Shown here one piece after another: positions 11,383 to 22,688 of a stretch of DNA of 64,000 nucleotides. The notes below the pieces were generated by a model that had not been told where the DNA came from, made no database searches, and saw nothing but the letters and a program-made list of their open reading frames with translations. This DNA is from Epiperipatus broadwayi (taxonomy: Eukaryota > Animalia > Onychophora). The first letter of the stretch is position 1; each line of letters opens with the position of its first letter. A program made the position numbers and the translations under genes. The stretch spans positions 8,370,001-8,434,000 of the forward strand of contig JAQFVV010000005.1 in NCBI GenBank assembly GCA_028023455.1. The letters are read 5' to 3'.

Positions 11383-12495
11383 AACTACTTAAATGTTTTA
11401 TTTTTTTTGTGAATTCATGCCAACTCTTTTCTGTAAACCAGTACGCCAAACGAAATATTAAACAAGCTTTTTTCCAAAGTTTTGAGTTTGGTGGCCCATT
11501 AAGTAATATTTTACTCATATTAAAAATCAATTGTTGCATATCTTTATAATTATTTGCATTATCAGTAACAAATAATTAAATTTGAAGTTGCTATTCTTTT
11601 CCTTATCTTTATAATTAGTTGCTGAAAATGTAACACTTCACTCAATGTCAACTTTTTTATTGCTTTATTTACCTTTATTTTTATCCCAAACAGATAACAT
11701 TTTATGTTTATTTTTTTCTATCTATAATTTATTGCTATTTCACTAAATCTAATATAGCAAATCATCCTTAATGCCTTTAATGCATTAGTCTTAAATCTTT
11801 TTCTATTTTATAATTCTAGGGAAATTGATATGCCTCCATTTAAATTTTTTTTACAATACCTCATGTTTTCCAATATAAGATTATCTTCTTCTGCATCTTC
11901 TACTTATCAATATTGATTGATAACTTTTCTAGTATTTTTTGTACCTTAAATACCAAATACATTTAGAAGTGTTGAGCTCAAAACTGATATAGTGTTTAGT
12001 TAAAAAGTAAACATTTCTTAATGATTATTCTGAAATCAGAATATCAGTGTTAGACATATTAAATGAATTTAAAGTTACAATGTACTTTTTAAATTCTGTA
12101 AAAGCATAAATAAGCTAAAAATGTTTTACATTAAAGCATTTAATTTTGAAAGTAAATTTAAGGTTGGGTATCATTTGTAATATTGTCAAAATAGTGTTAA
12201 CACGAATGAAGTTGCCTATTTATACTACAAATAGTGATATGGTGCACAAAAATTAATAACAGTGAACAGACTGACAATTGTTATCTATATATTGGTGTAG
12301 GAATATCTTCACAAGTATCTGCCAAAAATATAACTATATTAAAAAAAAAAGATAAATAATTAAATGATTAATCTTGCCTTATACACCAATTATATTAAAA
12401 TAATATTATCATGACCTCAGTTATGGGCATGCATTAATATACAGTAAACAGAAAAATGTCTTTTTACATATATTTATTCATTATTTTAAGAACAT

Positions 12496-12712
12496 CACAT
12501 GATCATTTCTTATGCTTGCTCATAACTGTTATTAAAACAGGCAAAACTCTCCATACAGTAGTGCCGCTCAGTGCAAGCCAGAATAACCAATGGATGCCGG
12601 AAACTAGTCTGGGGATATTGGATGAGTAGGCACTAAATAGGGATTTTATGCACAAGCCTTCTGGCATCAATTGTTTACTCTGGCTTGCACTGTATGGAGA
12701 GTTTTGCCTGTT
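12496..12712. mobile_element. Family-1 palindromic insertion with 15-bp TSD, containing only the 3' half of the hammerhead
   Basis: The inverted arm is joined at GCCGGAAACTAGTCTGGGGA. TTATTTTAAGAACAT flanks the element at 12481-12495 and 12713-12727. Confidence 0.85.
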
Positions 12713-14619
12713 TTATTTTAAGAACATGTGGTGGAATGGAAGTTTTAAGTATATCTTAAAAAGATAATAGATGTGGAAGATAAAAGAATAATATAATTTA
12801 AAAAATAAAATAGATATATTAATCTTTAAGTGAGATTTATTGTTTATATTTGGGCTATGGATAATTTCTAATTTAATAAATACCGTAATTAATAATGATC
12901 ATTAATATATTTATCTAAAGTGGGATATGTCCAAGTTATGAGAGTAAAGAGTTTGATATTTATAAATCAGAATATTCTAACAAAATATTTTAACTATACA
13001 CATATATCTAGAAAAAATAAACATTTATATCTGAGATACTATCTATCTTCTAGATGTGACTAATTTGTAACATGTTCATAACTTTCACATTTCTTAGAAC
13101 TAGACTTTTTCGCTTATGAAAATGCAAGTTCATTATTTTAATCAAATGCAGCATGAAAAGATCAACTGATATCTGATCTAATGGAAATGAAATGGCACAT
13201 CTACCATCCCTCCAAAAAAAAAAAAACTTTGTTCTCCTGTTCAAATGCACAGGTTGTATTGTCAGTAGGGACATCTCTGTTTATTTTACATTGTTTAATA
13301 AGCAATTTAATTCTTCTTTCAATCTGTTCATCAGTATTTGCTCTCAAAACATTTATCAATTTATTTTATCTTTAATTGGGTTTTGAAATCAAATTTGTTT
13401 TTTTCATATCTTATTTTAGATACAATTAATTATTATAAACTGTATACTTAAATATTATATAATTTTTTTTAAGATAAATAAATACTTATTTCTTCCTCTT
13501 TTTTTGAAGTTAATATTGATACTTACAATACAGGTAGATCAAATAAAATATATTAAATTTTGACTAATATGTTTTATGGATCTCTAATTTTAAATTGTAT
13601 TTGACAAATATGTCATTTAAAATAATTTGTCTAATATGACAATAATGGGATCAGCAGAAGGTCTCAGTGTTTGTAAATTCAAAACTTGAATTTAACTATC
13701 CAAAATTCAGATTCACATATCAGCCATTAAATCTAAAATTTACACTAATTTAACTTTTGCTGCACTTTTTTTTTATAAAAATAAAAATATTTTTGCTATC
13801 TGATTAAATTTAATAATCTATTATATAACCAATGAATTACTAAAAAATTGCATATTATAGATGTGTGAACAAAATAATCCTAATAATAATCATTATGTCG
13901 CAGCATATCTTTCTTACAATTAACCTTTATTTTAGCTGGACACAATTTATTGTTTTTTTGCTTTGCAAGTTTGTTAAATTATACATTAATATTTTTATAA
14001 TCGTGAATTAATTCAGCAACAAGTCAGTTTTATACAATCTTAATTTATATCAGTGTTTTTTGTTTCTAAATACTACAATCTATTATATTTCAAATTCTTT
14101 ATTGTTCATTATATTTAAACCATATCCGATTTCTACTATTATGGCTGTCCAATACATAAACATATGTTAAATCAGTCATTGCATTTCAACCATATACTTT
14201 GATTAATAATTTTTCCAAAAGTTCTTTCCATTGTCTACAGTATTTTTACTGAAAGTGACTTATTTCTTTAAGTCTTCTATATTTTGGGAGATTATTAGTC
14301 TAAAATAAGACTAAAAAACAGTTAATTCAACTATCTGTTAAAGTTAGAGTAATTGTAATGAACAACATATAAAATCAAATTCCATTTGTCATTTGTAGTT
14401 TTAATACTGAACTTCCAAAAATAAAACCACAGTCTGTTTATAAATATAAAGAACACTATATAAAATTACAATAAAATTTATATTTATAGCTATTTACGAC
14501 AAATGTATATATATATATATGTATTAAATCAATATTTTATTTTCTTTAATTATTGTTAATTTTTTATTTTGTTTGGCATTGGTTAAATATTTCATTGCAA
14601 TTTTTTTTTCTTTTCTTAG

Positions 14620-14639
14620 ATTACCAATAATGGTTTGAA
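14620..14639 (+). other. Candidate 20-nt non-coding micro-exon upstream of the ZNF ORF
   Basis: Long poly-pyrimidine tract + CTTAG acceptor (AG at 14618-14619) and a GTAAGT donor at 14640. Confidence 0.4.
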
Positions 14640-16067
14640 GTAAGTTCATGTATAATTGTGCTTGTGACATATCACTAGTAAAACCCTTCGCAGATAAGCT
14701 TTTGATACCTTTAGCAATTATTATTTTGCATTTATATCAATCACCAATTTCAATTTTTTGTTTATATATATATAATCACCAATATTTTATAAAAAGAAAT
14801 GATAGAATGGTTATTGTTGGTGGAGAAATAGTAAAAGAGACTAAAAATATTTTCTTATGTTGATAAAGCTCATGGTTTTGTGCTCATCAGTAATTTTAAA
14901 TTCAGGAAGATTGAGATGAAATGCTGTATCATTAGTATCAAGACTTTTAATGTGTGTAGATTGGAAATGAGAAAAATCATGTGACTGGAGTTGCTAATAC
15001 ATTAGATATAAAATGTACCTAATTGTAAAATTATATGCCTAATAACTTGTGAAGAAATTTCAGATACTTGCTATGTAAAGCAGTTACTAATAATAGCCAT
15101 ATAGCAATATACTTCGTTGTAATAGTATATTAAGTTTTTTACAGTTTGTAGAGATATTGATGCTAAACTTTGAAAGTATTATAATTTTAAATGAAGGCAC
15201 TGCATAGAATTGCCAAGACAAAATAAATTTGGATATTATATTTGATTTCATTTTGAAAATTAGAATATCCATAAAATTATGCAATAAAGAAGTTTTAGCT
15301 AAAATTTTGGCAACTATTGTATTTTTTTCCCTTTACAAAAATATATTCAGTAATATTAATTTACTTTAGTAAATTTTGACATTAGTTGTTAGAGAAAATT
15401 TTGTTTAGAAACCCATATACTATGAAGACTATATGAAAAGATTAAATGAAAATTAAATGAAAAAACTTTTTATAACTTAAAAATTCATGCCAATAGGTCA
15501 TTAAAAATTTATCTATTATCATGTTAAAAAGGTTTTAACATTTAAAAGAATTAATTCATGTGTAAACTAATAATTACAACTATTCTATTCATAAAATATA
15601 TATGTATATAATTTAACATTTGAAGTGAGTCTGTTCAGAAAATACTTGAATAATAAAAATATATACTCAAAATATAATTTTATGAATTGATGACAGTTGC
15701 TAGATCAAAGTTTTAATGAGATATATTAATAAAATAAGATTAATTAGTGTAAATGTATAATAAAATAATTTATAACAAAGCTTTTGCAGATAAAAAAAAT
15801 TTATATGCAGCAACTATGTAATGACTTGGGCAAAATATTTAAACAATGCAAGAAAATAATCATATAAAAGAAAATCCTGTGCTAAATGATCCCTTGCAAT
15901 TACATTTTTATAAGAGCGTATTTAAACTTGCTCATTGCAATAAAACAAATAGTCATTAATATTTATCTGCAAGCCAAATACAGAAAATGGCTTGAAAGTA
16001 TATGAAACATTTCACGGAGAAAAAAAAATTTTTCACTGTGATTATATCAAATTACATGTAAAATCTC

Positions 16068-18050
16068 ATGGAAGAGAAAAATCTTTCCAATGTGTTATGT
16101 AAAAATTATAAGCCTGCTTCTAGAAGACCATTAATATTACATGAAAAATCACCTGTAGTGGAAAAACCTTATCACTGTAGCTTATGTAACTACAAGTCTG
16201 ACATAAAAGGCAATTTGAAAGTACATGAAAAAACACATTCAGTAGAAAAACCTTATCATTGTAATTTTTGTGACTATAAGACTGCAGTAAAAGGCAATTT
16301 AAAGATACATGAGAAAATTCATACAGAAGAAAAATCTTTTCATTGCACAGTGTGTGATTACAAGTGCTATAGAAAATGTAATTTTAAAATACATGAAAAA
16401 TCTCATTTAGTAGAAAAACCTTTCCAGTGTAACCTTTGTAATTACAAGACTATTTTTAAACAAAGGTTGAAAACACATGAATATACTCATACAGGAGAAA
16501 AACCGTTCCAGTGCCCTTTGTGTAATTACAAATCTGCTAGAAAAGACTACTTTAAAATACACGAAAGAACTCATACAGGTGAAAAGCCTTTCCATTGCAC
16601 TTTATGTAATTATAAATCTTCTTATAAAAGTAAATTAAAAATACATGAAAAAAATCATAGAGTGGAAAAGCCTTATCAGTGCAGCCTATGTGAATATAAG
16701 ACTGTTGTAAAAGGCAATTTGAAAATACATATATTCACTCATACAGGAGAAAAGCCATTCAAGTGCAACTTGTGTAATTACAAATCTGTTACAAAAAGTA
16801 GCTTTAAAATACATGAAAGATCTCACACAGGGAACAAACCATTCCAGTGTAATCTGTGTAATTACAAGGCTGCATATAAAGGGAGCTTGAAAATACATAA
16901 ATATGGTCATTTAGAGGAAAAACCTTTCCAGTGCAGTTCATGTGATTACAAGACTGCTATAAGAAGTAACTTTAATAGACATGGAAAATGTCATACAGGA
17001 GAAAAACCTTTCCATTGTGTTTTGTGTAGTTATAAAACTGCTGCTAAAGAACGATTAAATTTGCATGAAAAAACTCATGCTATAGAAAAACCTTACCATT
17101 GTAACATATGTGACTACGTGACTGCTGTCAAAGGTAATTTGAAAGTACATGAAAAAACCCATACAAGAGAAAAACCTTTTCAGTGCAAGGTGTGTAATTA
17201 TAAAACTGCATTTAAACATAGCTTTCAAATACATGAATATGTTCATACAGGTGAAAAGCCTTTCCATTGTCACCTCTGCAATTACAAGACTGCTATAAAA
17301 AGTAATTTGAGAGCACACATTTTTAGACATAGTGGAGCAAAACTTTTTCAGTGCAGATTCTGTCATTATAAGACTGCTATAAAAAATAAAGTTAAAATAC
17401 ATGAACTATCTCATAGCAGAGAAAAACATTTCCAGAGCATTGAATGTAAAGATGAGACTATTTCTAGAAGGTTATTAAAAATACATCAAAAAACTCAGAC
17501 AGTAAAAAAGCCTTTCCAGCATAACCTGTATAAATTTAAATCAGTTATAAAAGGTAATTCGAACATAAATGGATTTACTCATACAGGACAAAAATCTTTC
17601 CAATGTAATCTCTGCGATTATAAGACTTATTTAAAATGTTATATAAAAAAGCATAAATTAACTCATATAAAAGAGAAATCTTTCCAATGCAGCTTGCGCA
17701 AATATAAAACTGATGCAGAAGAAAATTGTTTCCAATTTAATTTGTTAGATTATAAAAGGGATATAACAAATAATTTAACAGTAAAAGAAAACTTTTCCAT
17801 AATACCACAGACTGTTAACTATAGTATCATGCCAAATGGAACAACTTCTCAAAATATTTTATTAAAAAATATCAAATATGTAAAACCTGTTCTGCACCAA
17901 GACTTCAGTAAACAAGAAAAAGAGTCATCAATGGAAGAAACGTGCTGTTTGTGTGATTATGCAATTACAGAGAAAAGTGTTTTAGAAAGTCATGAAGCAA
18001 CTCATTTCAGCCATCATGAAACTCTTGAAATTCTCATACAATTCACTTGA
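16068..18050 (+). CDS. Poly-C2H2 zinc-finger protein (15 contiguous canonical fingers + 1 + a C-terminal finger, with degenerate units)
   Basis: 660-aa ORF of 28-aa CxxC[DN]YK..L..H...H units with (T/x)GEKP/VEKP linkers. No KRAB/ZAD/SCAN domain is visible in the ORF, and the true start is uncertain. Confidence 0.92.
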   Translation: MEEKNLSNVLCKNYKPASRRPLILHEKSPVVEKPYHCSLCNYKSDIKGNLKVHEKTHSVEKPYHCNFCDYKTAVKGNLKIHEKIHTEEKSFHCTVCDYKCYRKCNFKIHEKSHLVEKPFQCNLCNYKTIFKQRLKTHEYTHTGEKPFQCPLCNYKSARKDYFKIHERTHTGEKPFHCTLCNYKSSYKSKLKIHEKNHRVEKPYQCSLCEYKTVVKGNLKIHIFTHTGEKPFKCNLCNYKSVTKSSFKIHERSHTGNKPFQCNLCNYKAAYKGSLKIHKYGHLEEKPFQCSSCDYKTAIRSNFNRHGKCHTGEKPFHCVLCSYKTAAKERLNLHEKTHAIEKPYHCNICDYVTAVKGNLKVHEKTHTREKPFQCKVCNYKTAFKHSFQIHEYVHTGEKPFHCHLCNYKTAIKSNLRAHIFRHSGAKLFQCRFCHYKTAIKNKVKIHELSHSREKHFQSIECKDETISRRLLKIHQKTQTVKKPFQHNLYKFKSVIKGNSNINGFTHTGQKSFQCNLCDYKTYLKCYIKKHKLTHIKEKSFQCSLRKYKTDAEENCFQFNLLDYKRDITNNLTVKENFSIIPQTVNYSIMPNGTTSQNILLKNIKYVKPVLHQDFSKQEKESSMEETCCLCDYAITEKSVLESHEATHFSHHETLEILIQFT

Positions 18051-20297
18051 TATGATGAATAATTATTTTTAATTTTGGAAAAACTCAGGCAAGAAAAAAT
18101 TAAAATTTGAATGAAATTTGTAAAAATAATAAAATATATACCACCAAAAAAAAATAATATTTGTATTTGATATCAGATTTGTATTGAAAAAATAGAAACT
18201 TTAAAAAAATGTAAAAAGAAGGGAAAATGAAAAAATTACTTCAAATATTTTATTGCTGATTAACATTTTATTTGACATATATTTTAAATCTAAATCAATA
18301 ATAATCAGCTGAAGAAAAAAATAGATTAAGGAATTGCAGTGACTAGTAGTATTGCTTTATTGATTAATCATGTAAAAAAATCTTTATAAACTAAACCATT
18401 TTATATAACTAAAACTATTAATATTCCTCTTGAAGAAAATCAGAATATGTAATTTGACAAAAAATTGAATATTAAAATTTTTTCATTGTGAAGCAGTAAC
18501 ATGAATGTATACTAAAAACCTAATGTTTTAGTCAAAGTATATAATGTTTACCTGCAAGCATATCTTAAGAATATTTTCTCATTTAAGACTTTCCCCCACT
18601 GCAAATAACCTACCTAATCTGCTACTTTAGCTTTAAATGTTAATGAATTGAATTGCTTTATTTTCAATTTTTTCTCGGATTTGACTAATCTAACAAGTAT
18701 ATGAATTGAAAACTAATCATTTACTCAATAGTTGACATGTGTTAAAAGTAGTATTTGAAAGGACATTTACAGAGCCACTTAAACATCAATAATTGTAGTT
18801 CTCATTAATAGCTTACACTTTTACATAATATGATTATCTGTCATATTATATATCACCTTTTTTCATAAATTAATCTTATAACTATCAATTAACTGATATT
18901 CTAGACTGAGGACTTTCATTAAATCTTTAAAAATGTGTAATCTAATATTATAATACACATGTATTTGCTTTCTTTTTATTAATTACATATACTGTAGGTT
19001 ATTAATTTGACAAAGAAATTATTTTGTCATTAATCATAAGTAGATATAGAATCTTGACATTGAGTAACTCTAATAGAATAGAATTTCTCACCCCTATCAA
19101 TTAAAAGCCATCTCTGTAAACTAGAATAACCAGTGGTTACCAACCAAATTAACTTTAAAACTAGTCCTCGCTCTGTTTGGTAGTAACATTAGATCAAAAT
19201 ACATTATAATAAATATAAGGGAGAAAAATCATATAAAATATTTTTTAAATATTCTATAAACTTTTTAACTACTTTTGTTATTTTGGTGTTTACATTGTAC
19301 TTGCTTGTGATTTCTTTCTTTTTGAATTAATATATTAGTTTTGTTATCTAAATTTAACTTCAATTATGTAAATTTTATATTTAATTTATTGACATTCTAT
19401 AATTGTTAATGTATTATATATATTTATTTATAATCTATAATAGATGTTGTCATTTTCTTTGAAGACTATATCATACCTTAATAAAGGATTAGTCAAATTC
19501 TCAATTTTCAAATAAAATTTTACAAAAATTTATTATCAAGAATTAGAAAAGTTATTGGATTTCTAGGTAGAATCAATAAATACAATAAATTTTATGAGTT
19601 ATAAATCTTTAAAATCTTATATGCTATATTTCATTTAATAAAAATAAAGATAAATATATGGAATATATTGTTATGAAATAATGATATCTGGAAGAAGTTA
19701 TATAAAATAAATCATTTTCACATTTTAGTGTTTGTCTCAGTAGTATTATTAGTATATTAGTGAATTCACACACAAATGTTGCAAGTAAAACACAATATCT
19801 TTTATAGTAAAATACACTGCTTTGTTTATAACTTTGTTGTTTTTTCTTTATATTTTTTTTTCAAAAGACATGTGTTGTGTCCAGGTTTCTGAGCATTAAT
19901 TTATAGCATGGCTGCAGTAAGACTTAAAAAAAAAGTTTCTGATATGGAAAAAATGTAGAGCAGAAGCATAGCAAATATAACTTTGGGAAAATAAAAAAAA
20001 ATTTAATTGAATCTATCTAGCAATAATGCAGCCAACATTTCAATTTTTGTTAGTCTTTAAATGTTTTGGTCTTAACTTGCTTTTCATGTCTTTTAACTTT
20101 GCATTAAAAATAATCAACATTTTGGCAAAAGAAGAAATTTATACTGCCATATATATTCTGTAGAAAATTATCACAGAAGCAATTATTATGACAGTCAAAA
20201 CTCTATACAGCAGTGCCACTCAGTGCCAGCCTGAGTAATCAACGGTTTCCAGAAGGCTTGTGCATAAAATCCCTATCTAATGCCTACCTATCCAATA

Positions 20298-20339
20298 TCC
20301 CCAGACTAGTTTCTGGCTTGTGGCCTTCGTCAGTGAAGA
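20298..20339 (-). ncRNA. Minimal type I hammerhead ribozyme motif (family 1, minus-strand copy)
   Basis: Reverse complement: TCTTCA-CTGACGA-A-GGC-CACAA-GCC-A-GAAA-CTAG-TC-TGGGGA. Confidence 0.75.
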
Positions 20340-20384
20340 GCCTTGGATCCTAAGATCTAGATGCAGTACTCTCATACTCAAGGC

Positions 20385-20426
20385 TCCTCACTGACGAAGG
20401 CCACAAGCCAGAAACTAGTCTGGGGA
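20385..20426 (+). ncRNA. Minimal type I hammerhead ribozyme motif (family 1)
   Basis: TCCTCA-CTGACGA-A-GGC-CACAA-GCC-A-GAAA-CTAG-TC-TGGGGA: intact core, 6-bp helix I, palindromic ACTAGT helix III, GUC cleavage triplet. Helix II is atypical (A.A mismatch at its base). Confidence 0.8.
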
Positions 20427-21064
20427 TATTGAATGAGTAGGCACTAGATAGGGATTTTATACACAAGCCTTCTGGCATCCATTCATTACTCTGGCTTGCA
20501 CTGGGTGGCACTACTGTATGGAGAGTTTTGCCTGTTTTAATAACAGTTATGAGCAAGCATAAGAAATGGTGATCATATGATGTTTAGCCATTATTATGCT
20601 GAATGCTTGATCTTTTTCAGATGATTTATAAAGATAAGACATAAATTTTAATTTTTTTCATTAAGATTTATATCTGTTGCAGCAACCTTTGATTAATAGT
20701 TCATCAACATTTTGTCCTTGTGACAATATGCCTATAGTAAAGTATTAACATTTTTAGACATACTATTTGTTTGGTGAAATGTTTTTTTGATTTCATTAGT
20801 TAATCAACTGTTAGAATCTAGTTGAAAATTATATTTGAATCTACTAATGCCTCGTTTGTTTATCTTCTTAGATTCGATACTGCATTTTAATGTTTTTCTA
20901 AACCATTATTTTTTTAATCTTTTTCAAATTGTCACCTGTATGAAGCAGTCCAATTACTTTATATACATTGTTATACATGGACAATTTATTGTTCAATAAT
21001 TAATAAATTCAGTAAGCAATGGTGCAAGAAAAATCCTAGCAACTTTAGCTTGGATGTTATCAAT

Positions 21065-21545
21065 TTGAGAATGTAAACCAATTTAACTGTTTTGATAGTT
21101 TTATAAGAAGGAAGGTGGATTTAGATGATGAGGGGTAGCATAGACTCCAATGTGCTGCCCTTGCTTTATTATAGGAAAATAATTATTGCCATTTTAAATT
21201 GGTTATATATAGAATCATTTTATTTAATTTATTGTATGAAAGTGAGAATTGGGTTATTAAAGCAGCATAAAGGCATTAGAAAAGTTTTATTTAAGGATGC
21301 CCCAAGAATTTTGAAAATGCAATGGCAAGATCACAAACCTGTCACTGTTTTAGTCCAGTATTGTAAAATCACATCTATGTTGGATTGCTCACATAAAATG
21401 AATGAACAATATAAGACTTTCTTAAAGGATATTTTATAATGAATTTGAGCATGGTTTTCATTGGAGGAATAGTCTCTATTTACAAGTATTGTCTCAAAGA
21501 TAGTCTAAAGAAGTGCAATATTATATACTGGAGAACTACAGGTTG
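21065..21545 (+). mobile_element. Decayed 3' fragment of an RTE (BovB-like) LINE
   Basis: RILKMQWQDH..V...CKITS and EHG...GGIVSIYKYCLKDSLKKCNI match the typical RTE C-terminal pattern. Confidence 0.6.
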
Positions 21546-22688
21546 ACATTGAAGTAGTTTGTGTCAGTCCATAATGTATCGGTTGCATGATTGTTTCATG
21601 GCCAGTTTAAAGTTTCATTGCGACATCTTGATTGAAAACATTCAATCTAGGCAAAAAATTAAAAGTTGCCTATTTGAAATTTAGTATTTATGTTTTAAAA
21701 ATGAAGAATGTCAGTAATGGTTTTCAATGTTTTGAGAGCATGTGCTCATGACTTTTAAACTTAGTTATGATATATATCAAGAAGCAAATTTTAATAAAAG
21801 ATAATGGGTTTCATATTTTGTTTTTCTAGCTTACCATTAATTAAAATACATATATATATAATTTTTTAATAGATAGGGAATGTTTCATATATTTATGTTT
21901 TGTGAGCATGAAATTGTTATATCCACAGTGTTGTCAATATTTTCACTTATGTATGTAATCCAAATTTGAATCTTGTATTCAGGAATCCAAATTCAAATAT
22001 GTTTTATTTAACTGAAGTAGATATGTTAATATGATTACTGGGGAGAAGTAATTGATTTTAAATCTAAAATTTATAGCCTTAAATTTTGTTATATATTTTA
22101 TAAAAAAAATTTTTTTGTTACCCGAATGAAGAAGAGAAACTCAACTCATGTTTATTTCTAAATGTAATAATGTATGGCATGATAGATATATTATACATGT
22201 TGATGTTAATTTTCATGTCAGAATATCTGTGTATTACAGATTTTTATCCATTGGAAATATTTATTTTCCCCTCCAGTTGTAAGATAATTTGTCAAAGTTT
22301 CTGCAGTGGTATTTTTATAATCATCTAATAACCGAGTAAACATCATCTTGATTACACATGATCCCAGTCCACATCAACTTTTACTAATTATTGGAATCTG
22401 TTATTTTATATTGTTCACTATTTTTCAGCTTTCATAACATGGATATCTTTTACCATTAATATTTTTCCACTTTGGCAACAAAAGTTTGAAGGTCACATTA
22501 ATCAGTCTTTACTATCATACTCTCCATGAATGAACTTTTATCTTGAATTAAGATTACTTCATTTCACACATGCTCAATTATTTCCTGCCTTATGATGAAT
22601 GTTTTCAAAATGTATGAAATGCTTTTGAAAATTATCACTTCAGTTTTCACCTAGCTATATTTATTAACATTTTTACTATATGATAAAC

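Larger units (their letters stand above)
20191..20589. mobile_element. Family-1 best-preserved copy: ~150-bp inverted arms, each with a hammerhead motif, plus 3' tail; 9-bp TSD
   Basis: 20196-20345 versus 20379-20530 are near-perfect reverse complements with a 33-nt spacer. ATTATTATG flanks the element at 20182-20190 and 20590-20598. Confidence 0.9.

Noticed and set aside
16407-17402. Minus-strand ORFs overlapping ZNF1 (and 56969-57580 in ZNF2)
   Set aside because: Antisense shadows of the repetitive finger codons, with no independent protein signal.
18048-18062. Both ZNF stops are followed by three codons and a second in-frame stop (possible readthrough)
   Set aside because: Simply explained by paralogy; no known readthrough context.
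18128-18133. AATAAA polyadenylation signals after the ZNF ORFs
   Set aside because: The hexamer is too frequent in DNA this AT-rich to be informative.
20350-20556. 68-aa ORF, and 30246-30873 ORFs, within repeat families
   Set aside because: They lie in non-coding palindromic repeats, and the frames are not conserved between copies.
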